Of a stretch of DNA of 64,000 nucleotides, positions 1 through 12,641 are shown in pieces. The DNA is from Malacoraja senta (taxonomy: Eukaryota): positions 24,244,001 to 24,308,000 of the forward strand of contig CM075989.1 of assembly GCA_038087875.1 (NCBI GenBank), read 5' to 3'. The position numbers and the translations under genes are program-made. Position 1 is the stretch's first letter; each line of letters opens with the position of its first letter. The notes beneath the pieces were generated by a model, which saw only the letters and a list, made by a program, of their open reading frames with translations, did not search any database and had not been told where the DNA came from.

Positions 1-1244
1 CCACTTGCCTGTGCTTGGTCCATATCCCTCCACACCTGTCCTATCCATGTACCTGTCTAACTGTTTCTTAAACGATGGGATAGTCCCAGCCTCAACTACC
101 TCCTCTGGCAGCTTTTTACTGTAATCAAATGTATTTCTGGTGAGACTTTCTCGACATTTCAGAGGATACTTGAGTATGCAGTGGCACTCACTTCACTTGC
201 TGACCTGATGAATATAGTTGGGAGAGGCATCTTGTCCATGAACAAGACCCTATCTCCGTGAAGCCCAGGTCATAACAATTGCATGGTGTTTATTTCATCT
301 GTACAGACTATTCCCCATCTCCCACAGGCAGGCTTCTCATCAGAGGTGTTTATCACACTTAGAGCTGGTCCAAGATATATTAATGAGCCTCGGGCTTAGA
401 AGTCACAGTTGATTTACTGGTCTCAGCATTGGGCAGTTGTGATTCATGCCTTGCTTACTTTACACCTCATCAAAGAGTCCCGGCTCTAGAATCAACTGCT
501 TTGCAGATAAGTCATGAGAAAACCATGCATTCAAAAATAGTTTTCGTAATGGACTTATTTAATGATTTGTGGGTTTTTATGGGTTGTCGGCATTGGATAT
601 ATTGTGCCAGAGGCTTTTGTCTTCGAAGTGAACAATAAACAGGTGTGCAAACAGATAGAACAGTCAGTCGTACAGAGCAGTACGTGTGGCAGTGAGCAGT
701 GTATCTCCCTGATGTTGAAAGCTAGAGCGGACCTCATGTGGACGGTTTATGTCAGCGTGAGGGTTGGTGGCAGAGGTATTTACGACAACTATCACAACAT
801 TTAAACAACATTTGGACAGGGACATGGTTAGTAATACGGGCCAAATTCAGGCAGGTTGGACTAGTGTAGATGGAGTATGTTGGTCGGTGTGGGCAACTTG
901 GGCCGAAGGGCCTGTTTCCACACTGTATCACTCTATGACTCTGTCGTTTTATAACAACATCTGGTAACACAGGAGCAGGTCCAATTCTTTTAAATTTCAT
1001 TTTAAAATTGAAATAAAAAATAAATATCTTTGCTCCAAGATGATTGTTAGGAAAAGCCTGGTCATTTTTCTCAGCTGTGTCTTTTATTGAAATAAATAAC
1101 TTAAATGGATACAGCAGAGAGACACCACCCATGTGTGATGAAAGGATGAAGGTGTCCCGGTTACTGGCTATGTCCCCTTGTCCGAGTACTAATGAAGGGT
1201 GTGTAGGTGGAGTGTGCCATGCACTGGTCTACTGATCCCAGCTG

Positions 1245-1640
1245 GAAGGTTGCAGGAGTGAACTGCAGGTGCTGGTTTACACCGAAGATAGGCACAAAAT
1301 GCTGGAGTAACTCAGCGGGACAGGCAGCATCTCTGGAGAGAAGGAATGGGTGAAGTTTCGGGTCGAGACCCATCTTCAGACTGAGAGTCAGGGGAGAGGG
1401 AAACTAGAGATGTGGGAGAGTTTCAAAGAGAATGAAAAGGTCAGATCAAAGCAGACGATGATCAAGGAAATGTAGAATGGTTGTTCAAGAAGAAACTGCA
1501 GATGCTGGAAAATCGAAGGTACACAAAAATGCTGGAGAAACTCAGCGGGTGCAGCAGCATCTATGGAGCGAAGGAAATAGGCAACGTTTCAGGCCGAATG
1601 TAGAATGGTTCATTGTTGGCTGAAGGGAAGGTGACTGTGA
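1245..1640 (-). mobile_element. Penelope-like 3' end fragment with a nested younger mini-element (1483-1596, 14-bp TSD)
   Basis: Matches the 37330-37420 family. Direct repeat aatgtagaatggtt at 1469-1482 and 1597-1610. Confidence 0.8.
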
Positions 1641-3046
1641 AAGTAGTCGGGGAACGGCTGTTGTTGGAGAAAGTGGAGTACGTCATGATCTCCAGTGACT
1701 GGGCAGTCTCAGACTGGTGTCCAATCACTCTCTCCATCACACTACGTTGAGTGAAGCTAGTTCAGGTTTTCAATGACACATGTGTTACTGCTAAATAACA
1801 TATTTCCTTTTACAAATATTATGTCACTTTGTTGTCTTTTAGAATTTACTTTTTCCATTAAACAAGGTAGGCTGGAGAGTTTCATGAGACAGAAGTGCAT
1901 CGAGATGTTTAAATACTTTCATCAATTTAAGGTTGAAGGTTGAAGTAGTTCATCAATGTCTCCTGAATCCAGAGATGTACGTCGCCCTTCAAGTGAACGC
2001 CAGCCTGTCTGTTTTCCCTTCACTTATATATTGTGTATACACAGTTGGAGGGCTGTTTTATTCCACTCTTGGCAAGTATTGTTTCATTGCCAGTGGAGTG
2101 TGTCATGGCTTGACAATGATAAATGGTATTCCCCGTTGCCAAGTTGCACAGCTTGGTTAGAAGGGCTATTGTGCATTGTGATCAACAAGGAATCTCATCC
2201 ATCGGGAAATTATGCAGAAAATCTTGGGGACAATGCATGAGCTTCCTGCCCAGTAGAAGCACCAGTAGAACATTGGCCTTTGGGGCATTTAGTTTCACTT
2301 TGTGGGTGTCTTTGGGAAAAGTATAGAATATAGGTTTGTGCTCAGGGCAGTAAGTAAGTCATTCATGAGTTATTATTACTGGGTTACTCAGGTGATTTTT
2401 GGCATCATCCAACAGCCTGGAAATAGGTTGTGGTCGAGAGTGGATGTGCAGATGAGCTGAAGGCAGAAAATCTGGCAGTCAAAGCAAAGCTGCTTTGAGT
2501 CGGAAATAGACACAAAATGCTGGAGTAACTCAGCGGGACAGAATGCAGCATCTCTGGAGAGAAGGAATAGGTGACGTTTCGGGTTGAGACCTACACTAAA
2601 GATAGGCACAAAATGCTGGAGTAACTCAGCGGGACAGAATGCAGCAAAGATACACACAGTAAGAACACACTGAAGGTAGAAGATAGACTGACCCTTTGCA
2701 TCGGTATCTGTTACTGGGAGAGGGTGGGAATAGGGGCAGGATTGTGTGTGTGATTGTCAAAAGGATCAGTGGTGGAAAATAAATAAATGTCACTTTAATC
2801 CTTGACTTTGTACTCCTCTCATGTCCCCTTCCACGTTGTCAACTTTCTCCTCCTTGGCATTTTCTGACAGTGCTCTGTATTCTGCATTCTGTTCTTCCTG
2901 CAGTCCGTGACACAGTGGCGCAGCAGGTAGAGCTGCTGCCTCACAGCGCCGGAGACCCAGATCAAGTAAAGTCCAATCAAAGATAGTCCGAGGGTCTCCA
3001 AAGGCAAACATGCTGCCAGCTGTGGCAGGGCTGATGATACGCTGCA

Positions 3047-3333
3047 GGTGGTGCAGCGGTAGAGCTGCTGCCTCACAGCGCCAGAGACCCGGATTCGACC
3101 CTAACCATGGGTGCTGTCTGTACGGGAGTTTGCTCGTTCTCCCCGTGACCTGCGTGGGTGCTCTGAATTCCTCCCTCACTTCAAAGACGTGCGGGTTTGT
3201 GGGTTAGTTGACCCTCGTGTGTAGGGAGTGAATGCGATCGTTGGATAAGGCAGAACTAGTGCGAATGGGTGATTGAAGGTCGACATGGGCGGTGGGCCCA
3301 AGGGCCTGTTTCCATGCTGTATCCCAAAACTAA
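3047..3333 (+). mobile_element. tRNA-derived V-SINE (HE1-like)
   Basis: Head ggtggtgcagcggtagagctgctgcctcacagcgcc, V-domain, tail. Confidence 0.82.
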
Positions 3334-4235
3334 AAGATAGTTGAGGCAGGTACCTTCATAACATTTAAGACATTTGGACAGGTACATGGATAGGATAGGT
3401 TTAGAGGTTTAACGTCTGAAGAAGGGTCTCGACCCAAAACGTCACCCATTCCTTCTCTCCAGAGATGCTGCCTGTCCCGCTGAGTTACTCCAGAATTTTC
3501 TGTCCATCTTAGGTTTAGAGGGTTATGGGCTATAGGTGGGACTAGTGCAGATGGGGCATGTTGATTGGTGTGGGCAAGTTTGGCCAAAGGGCCTGTTTCC
3601 ACACTGTATCTCTCTATGTGGTCAATTGCTCCGTTAGGTTATAAATACTTGCTGTTTACACTGACTTGTTTGAGCAAAATTGCAGATGTGGTCATGGAAT
3701 GGTTGCATGCCTCGAGGTGACAGTAATAAAGGATTCATTTGATTTAACATAAGCAAAATGGAATCTGGTCATTATCTTCTGCACGGTCTTGGCGCCAGAG
3801 GAAACAAAATGCTGGCTTGATTTTGAGAGGCTTCAAGTTAATCTACAAGTTTATGTGGGCAGAGAAGACTTTTGGCTTTCCCGTACCTTTCATCATCATG
3901 AATCATTAGGGTGGGACTAAAACCCAAACAATGGCTGTCTCCTGTTACACTTGAAATGTTCACATCACCTTGTGTAAGAATCATAAACATGTCCAGATAA
4001 TTTCTTGAGCTAGACACTGGAGGAAATCTGATTCCTGCTTGCGAAAATCAAAACTATTCGATATTTGGCTTTTCAGGTGAAAATGATTCCAAGGCTTTGA
4101 TGTGGTCATAATTTGATGTCAGGTTATAGAGACATCCACATTGTAGACAGGAAGAGGCACGTTACATTGCTGTAAAGAAAAGAATGCAAGCAAATGTTGA
4201 CAGTGTTTCTAACTAACTGTGGGAACTGTGATGGG

Positions 4236-4830
4236 ACATAAAACATAGAAACATAGAAAATAGGTGCAGGAGTAGGCCATTCGGCCCTTCAATATGATCA
4301 TGGCTGATCATCCAACTCAGTATCCTGTACCTGCTTTCTCTCCATACCCCCTGATCCCTTTAGCCACAAGGGCCACATCTAACTCCCTCTTAAATATAGC
4401 CAATGAACTGGCCTCAACTACATTCTGTGGCAGAGAATTCCAGAGATTCACCGCTCTCTGTGTAATTTTTTTTTCTCATCTCAGTCCTAAAAGATTTCCC
4501 CTTTATCCTTAAGCTGTGACCCCTTGTTCTGGACTTCCCCAACATCGGGAACAATCTTCCTGCATCTAGCCTGTCCAACCCGTTAAGAATTTTGTAAGTT
4601 TCTATAAGATCCCCTCTCAATCTTCTAAATTCTAGCAAGTACAAGCCGAGTCTATCCAGTCTTTCTTCATATGAAAGTCCTGCCATCCCAGGAATCAGTC
4701 TGGTGAACCTTCTCTGTACTCCCTCTATGGCAAGAATGTCCTTCCTCAGATTAGGAGACCAAAACTGTACGCAATACTCCAGGTGTGGTCTCACCAAGAC
4801 CCTGTACAACTGCAGTAGAATCTCCCTGCT
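4236..4830 (-). mobile_element. CR1-clade (HER1-like) LINE 3' fragment
   Basis: LVRPHLEYCVQFWSPNLRKDILAIEGVQRRFTRLIPG...RRLRGDLIETYKIL...RTRGHSLRI, with a (tttctatg)n tail. Confidence 0.92.
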
Positions 4831-4959
4831 CTTGAGTGGTGAAGTGACTCAACGGGTCAGGCAGAATCTCTGGAGAACTTGGATAGGTGATGTTTTGGAT
4901 TTGAACCCTTCTTGTCCCAAAAGGTCACCTATCCATGCTCTCCTGCGATGCTTCCTGAC

Positions 4960-5257
4960 TTTAGACTTTAGAGATACAATGAGGAAACAGGCCCTTCGGC
5001 CCACCTTGTCCACGCCGACCAGCGATCACCGTACACTGAAACTATCCTACACTCTGGGGATAATTTACAATTTTAACCGTAGCCTATTAACCGACAAACA
5101 CTTACGTATTTGGAATGTGAGAGGAAAGCGGAGAAAACCCACATTAGTCATAGGGAGAACGTACAAACTCCATACGGGCAAGCACCCGTAGCCAGGTTCA
5201 AACCCGGGTCTCTGGCGCTGTGAGGCAGCAAATCTACTGCTGCGTCACCATGCCGCC
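4960..5257 (-). mobile_element. tRNA-derived V-SINE (HE1-like)
   Basis: Reverse complement of the family consensus. Confidence 0.85.
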
Positions 5258-5629
5258 TTGACCTGCCGAGTTACTCCAGCACTTTGTGTCCTTTTGCGTC
5301 TTAACCAGCATCTGCAGTTCTTTGTTTCTACATGGGGATCACGGTGCAGATGTTACCAGATGCTGGCTGCATGGTGATTTGTGATTCCCACGGGGAATAT
5401 TGTTAATTAGCTGCAATCCTCAGATGAGGATTCGATGTGATGAGTGGTGAACGCCAGTCAAAGGTTTGACGCAATATTTATGCCCAGGCTGTGACTGGGG
5501 AAGTTCAGGTGCCTAGTGCTGCAACAGGTAACAGGTTCCATAGAGGACTACTTTGCTGAAACACAAACATCTCACTGAAACTCGGGAAGGATTCTTGTTT
5601 CCTCCCATATCTTGGAAAAGATAATCCTG

Positions 5630-6110
5630 AAAGGATGCAGAGATGTACGAGGATGTTGCCAGGACCAGAGGGCCTGAGCTATAGGGAGATAGTGGCAGGC
5701 TAGGACTCTATTCCTTGGAGCGCAGGAGGATGAGGGGTGGTCTAATAGAAGTGTATAGATCACGATGGGAATAGATAAGATGAATGCACAGGATTTCTTT
5801 ATCAAGAACCAGAGGGCAGAAGTTTAAGGTGAGAGGAGAACATAGATAGGAACCTGTGGGGCAACTTTTTCACACAAAGGGTGGTGGGTGTATGGAATGA
5901 GCTGCCAGAGGAGGTAGTTGAGGCAGGGACTATAACAACATTTAAAAGACATTTGGACAGCTCCATGGATAGGACAGGTTTAGAGGTTTAACGTCTGAAG
6001 AAGGGTCTCGACCCAAAACGTCACCCATTCCTTCTCTGCAGAGAGGGATATGGACCAAACCAGGCAGGTGGGACTAGTATAGATGGGACATGTTGGTCAG
6101 CCTGGGCAAG
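5630..6110 (+). mobile_element. CR1-clade LINE 3' fragment carrying a Penelope-derived insert
   Basis: Degenerate RT C-terminus and UTR (gtatggaatgagctgccagaggaggtagttgaggcagg). Confidence 0.8.
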
Positions 6111-6294
6111 TAATGATTCTATATCCAGAGTAGAAATGGACCCTTTGCTCAGAGCTCTTCTCTGTCTCTGAACACAGTGCATGGCTTGGTTGCAATCATG
6201 TCTAGTCTTTCCACTGACAGGATAGCATGCAACAAAACAGCTTTTCACCGTAGCTCAGTACACATGACAATAATAAACCAAACTAAACTAATAA

Positions 6295-6613
6295 GGGCAG
6301 CATGGTGGTGCAACAGTAGAGTTGCTGCCTTACATCGCTAGAGACCCGGGTTTGATCCCGACTACGGGTGCTGTCTGTACGGAGTTTGTACGTTCTCCCC
6401 GTGACCGCGTGGGTTTTCTCTGAGATCTTCGGTTTCCTCCCACACTACGAAGACCTGCAGGTTTGTAGGTTAATTGGCTTGGTGTAAATGTAAATTGTCC
6501 CTCGTGTGTGTAGGATGGTGTTAGTGTGCGGGGATCGCTGGTCGGTGTGGGCTGAAGGGCCCGTTTCCATGCTGTATCTCTAAACTAAACTAAACTAATA
6601 AAGTAAACTAAAC
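6295..6613 (+). mobile_element. tRNA-derived V-SINE (HE1-like)
   Basis: Pol III box A (tggtgcaacagtaga) and box B (ggtttgatcc), V-domain gagtttgtacgttctccccgtgacc...ggtttcctcccac, CR1-type tail and (ctaaa)n. Confidence 0.88.
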
Positions 6614-7784
6614 TTAATTAGCTTCAGTAGATTACACTAGTTTATAGGACATAGAACAAATGTATCGGTGGTCGATAGTCAGTGTGGACTTGGTGATCGA
6701 GGGGCTGGTTTCTGCGCTGTATCTCTACTTGCAGATTCCTGGTAACAGCCTGTGGAAGTCACTCAGTAGCTCGTCAGGGAGCAGTGGTTACAGCTTGAAG
6801 GTGGTGGCGTGGGATTGCTGTTGCCCAGCTGCTGTGTGTATTAGAAGTGCAGTAGGTGGAGATTCACTCACAACTACCAGTTACCGTTGACTCGATGAAC
6901 AGTAACCCCAGTATCTTTACTATCCTCACACCACAGTGTCACGTGCAACTATTGCCGCCAACGTACACTCATGTATCCCATTTTGCAACTTAAACAAATG
7001 TTTGCATGGAATCAGATTTTCACCAATATTAATTTTTAAACATCTCATAATTCTTGATTAGGACGGGAGTCAGGGGTTATGGGAAGAAGGCAAGAGAATG
7101 GGATTGAGAGGGAGAGATAGATCAACCACGATTGAATGGCAGAGTGAACTTGATGGGCCGAATGGCCTAATTCTACTCCTAGACCATGTGAATTTATGAT
7201 TTCTTTGTTATCACTGAACACTTGAATGAAAGTGTTAGATTAACACTACGGCTTAAAATATGGCTTCTAATGATTTATTAACTTACCAAAGTCTCTGTAA
7301 AACATCTCCCTTAAGCTCTTGATACGCTGCTTCCAATTAATTCTTCCTTGAAGAACTTTTATCATTTACATTTATTATTATTCTTTCCAAATTTAGAAGT
7401 GTTTTTGTTGGACGGCCTCCACATTGGGAGTCGGTCACTATCTCAAGTTTCTGAATATGTGGGCTGGATATCCTTCTTGCCCACACAGGACATTCAATGC
7501 TAGTTAGTCATTTGACCTCTGACAATTTTCTTTTTATCACAATCACATGACTGCACAATTTGTCTGCTGCTTAAACCTATGATTTTCAGGAGTCCCACAT
7601 TCCAAGTCTAGTTGATGCTCCCTGTCAAAGCATCAGCCAAACTAGTCCTCAACAGATGACAACATGACTCACATAGGAAATACACACTCTTTAGTTTAGT
7701 TCGAGATACAAGGCGGAAACAGGCCCTTCAGCCCTCCGACCCACTGAGTTACTCCAGCATTTTGTGTTTATCTTCAGTGTAAAC

Positions 7785-8080
7785 TCCCTCTGGAAGGCGA
7801 CTCCGGACTGTCAAAGATGCCACAGCCAGACATAAAAAACAGCTTTTTTCCACGAGTAGTAGCTCTACTCAATAACCAAAAATCTGAAGCCTCCTTTTGC
7901 TCTGGTATTTTATTTAATTCACATGTTTAATCAATAATGTTTTATTATTAATGTTTAATGTTTTATGTATCATTCCTATCTGTCACTGTATGTCACGTTG
8001 TCACTTGCGGGCGGAGCACCAAGGCAAATTCCTTGTATGTGAATACTTGGCCAATAAACTTATTCATTCATTCATTCATC
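7785..8080 (+). mobile_element. Rex1/Babar-like LINE 3' end
   Basis: LPSGRRLRTVK..TARHK.SFF-like remnant, AT-rich UTR, aataaa and (ttca)n tail. Confidence 0.7.
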
Positions 8081-8414
8081 TGCAGTTTCTTCCCACACTC
8101 CTCATCATTTTTATGTATAACTAGTGCTGCTCTTGCTGCCCATCTACAATCCTTACTAAACAAAGGGCCCTGTCTTGATAGTCATGGTACTGTACGGGTA
8201 AAGTACAAAATCCCCTCCTACAGTACTGTGAGGATATACCAGGCCATGAGGTTACATAGACTGATGGTGTACATTTACACTGATGCTAAAGGTCTCTATT
8301 ATCTCCTGGATGCCCAGTTTTCAAGTACAGACTTTATATACCGTATATATATATATATAATGGTATATACTTTAAAAGTATATGCCGTTTTAAGTATACA
8401 CTTATACGAACCTT

Positions 8415-8843
8415 GAGGCCCTCAGCGATAGGGAGAGGTTGTACAGGCTAGCACTTTATTCCTTGGAGCAAAGGATGGGAGATGATCTTATAGAGGAGTT
8501 GGTAAATGCACAGAGACAAATGCACAGAGACTTTTACCCAGAGTAGGGGAATCAAGAACCAGGTAGCAGAGGTTTAAGGTAAGGGGGGGAATTTTAATGG
8601 GAACCTGAGGGACAGCTTTTTTACACAATGGATGGTAAGTTTATGGAATGAGCTGCCAGAGGAGGTAGTTGAGGCAGGTGCTATCATATCATTTAAAATA
8701 CATTTGGACAGGTACCTGGATAGGATATGTTTAGAAGGATATGGGCCAAAGGCAGACAGGTGGGACAAGTGTAGCTGGGACATGTTGGTCAACATGAGCA
8801 AGTTGGGCAGAAGGGCCTTTTTCCACGCTGTATGACTATGACT
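8415..8843 (+). mobile_element. CR1-clade LINE 3' fragment
   Basis: LWNELPEEVVEAGAIISFKIHLDRYLD; tail gggcagaagggcc...ctatgact. Confidence 0.85.
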
Positions 8844-9129
8844 TCATGTATATTAGAGAAAAGCCTGTAATGAAGGAAAGAATAGGGCCGCTCGAAGATC
8901 ACAGTGGACATCCATGTGTGGATCTGTTGGGGGTGGGCAAGGTTGTCCATGAATATTTCTTCCCTGTTTCTACCAAGGAGAAAGATACGAAGACTCGGGA
9001 TCTCAGTCAGTTGGGATTTCGTTGGGAATAGTCTTCATTACAGTTGGGCATCTTCAACGATATAAAAGTAGAAAAATATCTGAGGCATCTTGATTGTCAT
9101 GGACGTGTTCGGTATTGGTTTATTGATAT

Positions 9130-9421
9130 AGTTTAATTTACAGATACAGCGCAGAAACAGTCTCTTCGGCCCACTGAGTCAACGCCAACCAGCGATCCAC
9201 ATTACACTAGCAAACAACTAGGACCAATTTACAATTTTTACCACAGCTAATTAACCTACAAACCTGTACGTCTTTGGAGTGCGGGAGGAAACCGGAGCTC
9301 CCGGTGAAAACCCACGTGGTCACGGGGAGAACGTACAAACTTCATACAGACAGCACCCGTGGTTAGGATCAAACCCGGGTCTCTGGCGCCGTGATGCAGC
9401 AACTCTACCGCTGCGCCACCC
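9130..9421 (-). mobile_element. tRNA-derived V-SINE (HE1-like)
   Basis: Family consensus on the minus strand. Confidence 0.85.
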
Positions 9422-10564
9422 TCATTAAGGGTAAAACTAGCGAGAGAGGAATGGAAAGGTGACTTTTCAGGATGGTTTCCCTCTTGCGACCCTCTGAAGA
9501 TGGTTTTGCCTTCTGATTCACAAGCTGGTATTAACTTGCCTTTAATGACCTTCGAACAACATTGTGAAAGGCGGACAGAGTGTAGTCTCCCCTCCATTCC
9601 CCCACACAGAAGTACGGCAGTTTCAGGCCATTAACCTCGAATATTTTATTTTTATCTGTTATGAAGATCAATGGATACATTTTCCATCACATAGTTAAGT
9701 AATCTGACCTTAACCAGGCTGCCAGGGTATCGAAGAGATGAGCTGTTATAGTCCTCCTTTGATATATGAAGACTCTGTTTGTTTATGCAAGACCTTTCTG
9801 CTTAACTGAAGCAGATATGGAGTGGGCATTGGATGACATGCATGACATTCAATACAATTTATGCTCAGTTTTGACTGTAATAATAATTTTATCTCTGCGC
9901 AGATTCCAGGCATTCTACGTCTCTTAGATAAGTGCACAGCTGTACAAAAATGTATTGACTAGCTTAGGGCGGCACAGTGGTGCAGCTGGTAGAGCTGCTG
10001 CCTCACAGCACCTGAGACCCAGGTTCGATCCTGACCTCGGGTGCTGTCTGTACGGAGTTTGCACCTTCTCCCTGTGACCGCGTGGGTTTTCTCCGGGTTC
10101 TCCGGCTGTTCCACTCTATTACTCTATGTGAAAGCCATTTGTAAGTGAAACCAGGAGACGGAACACCTTGATATTAAAACAGCGGCAGGCTTGACATCCC
10201 ATAAAGCAGCAACTTAATCAAACATTAATGCCTCTTGGACATCATGCTTCAGGAATCTCTATTACAGAACCACTCCTTGACCATGTTACTGTAGATCATC
10301 TCTTCCTCCTGCAGGTAATAGATTACGGATAAACTTGTCACTTGCCTCGTCCTCTGGTGTTACTTGGATTAATCCGACAGCAGGATCACTGAATGGAACC
10401 AAATGCTAACATCAATCTTGCTGCTTTTATGCATGTTTTAGTTCAGACTATTGCCAAGGTCGGGCTTGGTTGCAGGAGATGATGCAGTGCAGTGCTGGTT
10501 CCCTTCATGAGGGCCAGAGGTTGGTCAACTCTGTGTGATAGTAACGTATGTTTTTCTGCTGCAG

Positions 10565-10801
10565 GGGTGCCCGCCTGATGCTGGGGACTTCCGGCACCAG
10601 CAATGCTCCGCGCACAATGACCTGAAGTACCAGGGGCAATATTATGAGTGGGTTCCTGTCTACAACGACCCAGAGGCTCAGTGTGCGCTGAAGTGTCAGG
10701 CCCGGGGCACTGACCTGATCGTGGAACTATCGCCCAAGGTCCTCGACGGTACTCGATGTAACACTGAGTCTCACAACATGTGCATCAGTGGGATTTGTCA
10801 G
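10565..10801 (+). CDS. ADAMTSL3: ADAMTS-like protein 3 coding exon (237 nt, phase 0/0): end of TSR1 and cysteine-rich region, GCPPDAGDFRHQQCSAHND...LSPKVLDGTRCNTESHNMCISGICQ
   Basis: Acceptor tttttctgctgcAG at 10563-64 and donor GTaact at 10802. The translation matches the ADAMTSL1/3 motif CPP.A.DFR.QQCSA.ND...PKVLDGTRC....MCISG.CQ. Confidence 0.95.
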
Positions 10802-10861
10802 GTAACTTTACAAACCCTTTCATAATTATCACCAGAGATTCTCTACAGTTTGTTTCAGTAA

Positions 10862-11191
10862 TGGGCCTGTCTCACTTACGCAACTTTAATGGCGACTGCC
10901 AGCACCCGTCATAGGTTGTTGCAGGTCGCCGAAAATGTTCAACATGTTGAAAATCCAGCGGCGACCAGAAAGATGCTACGACTCTTTGGGCGACTGAGGA
11001 GACGACTCACGACCATACAGGCGACATGTCACGGGGTGAGGCCTGTACGGTCATGAGTAGTCACCCAAAGAGTCGTACCTTGTTCTGGTCGCCGATGGAT
11101 TTTCAACATGTTGAACATTTCGATGACCTGCTGCGACTATGACGGGTGCCGGCAGTTGCCGAAAAAAAATTGTGTAAGTGGGACAGGCCCA
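10862..11191. mobile_element. Palindromic MITE, PIF/Harbinger-like
   Basis: TIRs tgggcctgtctcactt / aagtgggacaggccca, TAA and TTA flanks, inverted symmetry across almost the whole length. Confidence 0.8.
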
Positions 11192-11790
11192 TTAGTCCAT
11201 ACTTGCAGAAAGAGCTAATATTTAGATTAGTGTGGAAGTATTTTGGAACTCTAAACACTGTAAATTGTATCTACTGTATACACTGTAAATGGCTCAATTG
11301 TAATCATGTATTGTCTTTCTGCTGGCTGGTTAGCACGCAACAAAAGCTTTTCACTGCACCTCGGTACACGTGACAATAAACTAAACTGTAACTGAGAGAT
11401 TGAGGATGGAATATTCTGTAAAATATTCATTTTAGAAAGAGCCTTTCAAAGTGGTAAAGGTTCGTGGGATGATATGTGAAGGATCGGGTAAGCCATGATT
11501 TCTCTCTTCAAAAAAGGGAAGCCTAAGCCAAGATTTGATACAACTGTTTAAAATCCTAACTCTTTGGAAAGCTTAAATAGAGTAAAATAGTTTATGACGG
11601 CTAAATAGTCAATTAGCAGAATCTTTGCATTTCAGGTCATTGGCAATGGAATATGCGTGACATGAGGAAAAACATCTTTTGCAATGGTTAATTGGGGATT
11701 AAAAGTGCAGTAAATTGCTAATGGATGCAAGGCAGCTTTCAAATGGGAACTGGATAAATATATTAAGGTTAGAAAGAAAAAGCAAGAAAG

Positions 11791-12031
11791 GAAGATAGAC
11801 GCAAAATGCTGGAGTAACTCAGCGGGACAGGCGGCATCTCTGGAGAGAAGGAATGAGTGATGTTTTGGGTCAAGAATCTTCTTCAGACTGATTGAAGGGT
11901 TTGAAGAAGGGTCTCAACCCGAAACGTCACCCGTTCCTTCTCTCCAGAGATGCTGCCTGACCCACTGAGTTACTCCAGCTTTTTGTGTCTATCTTTGGGT
12001 TAAGCCAGCATCTGCAGTTCCTTCCTACACA
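11791..12031. repeat. Head-to-head inverted pair of Penelope-derived short repeats
   Basis: A minus copy (…tgctggagtaactcagcgggacagg…cttcttcag) is followed by a plus copy (tgaagaagggtc…gagttactccagc…). Confidence 0.85.
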
Positions 12032-12401
12032 CAACAGCAAGAAACTGCAGATGCTGGAATCTTGTGCAATAAACAAAGTGCTGGAGGAACTCAGCGGATC
12101 AGGCAGCATCTGTGGAGGGAATAGACAGATGGAGTTTCAGGTTGGGACCCTTCTTCGGATAGGAAAGAGTAGGAAAATAGGGCCATCTCGATTACTCTTT
12201 GAAAGATGAACTTCTTGATCAGAGTGGCCATCTGGGCACAGTGGGTAGAGCTGCTGCCTCAGAGCGCCAGAAACTTGGGTTCGATCCTGACCTAAGGTGC
12301 TATCTGTGTGGAGTTTGCATGTTCTCCCTGTGACTGCATGGGTTTAATCCGGGTGTTCCGGTTTCCTCCCACATCCCAAAGGCGTGCAGCTTGGTAGTTC
12401 A

Positions 12402-12641
12402 AAGATAGACACAAAATGCTGGAGTAACTCAGTGGGACAGGCAGCATCTCTGGGGAGGAATGGGGGATGTTTCAGGTTGAAACCCTTGTTCAGACTGACT
12501 GACTGACTTCAGTCTGAAGAAGGGTCTCGACCTGAAACATCATGCATTCCTTCTCTCCAGAGATGCTGCCTGTCCCGCTGAGTTACTCCAGCATTTTTTT
12601 GTGTACCCGGTTTAAACCAGCATCTGCAGTTCCTGTCCACA
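12402..12641. repeat. Inverted pair of Penelope-derived repeats inserted in a V-SINE (12234-12805)
   Basis: Minus copy then plus copy around a gact-repeat spacer. SINE sequence resumes at ~12642. Confidence 0.85.

Noticed and set aside
1..10564. Preceding short ADAMTSL3 exon (TSR1, ...CEG.NIRY.TCSN)
   Set aside because: I could not find a matching AG-exon-GT segment by eye. It is probably upstream of the window, though I may have missed it.
11791..12031. Inverted pairs interpreted as DNA-transposon MITEs with TIRs
   Set aside because: Outer ends differ between loci and between arms, there is no fixed short TSD, single-arm copies are common, and the sequence matches the Penelope 3' end.
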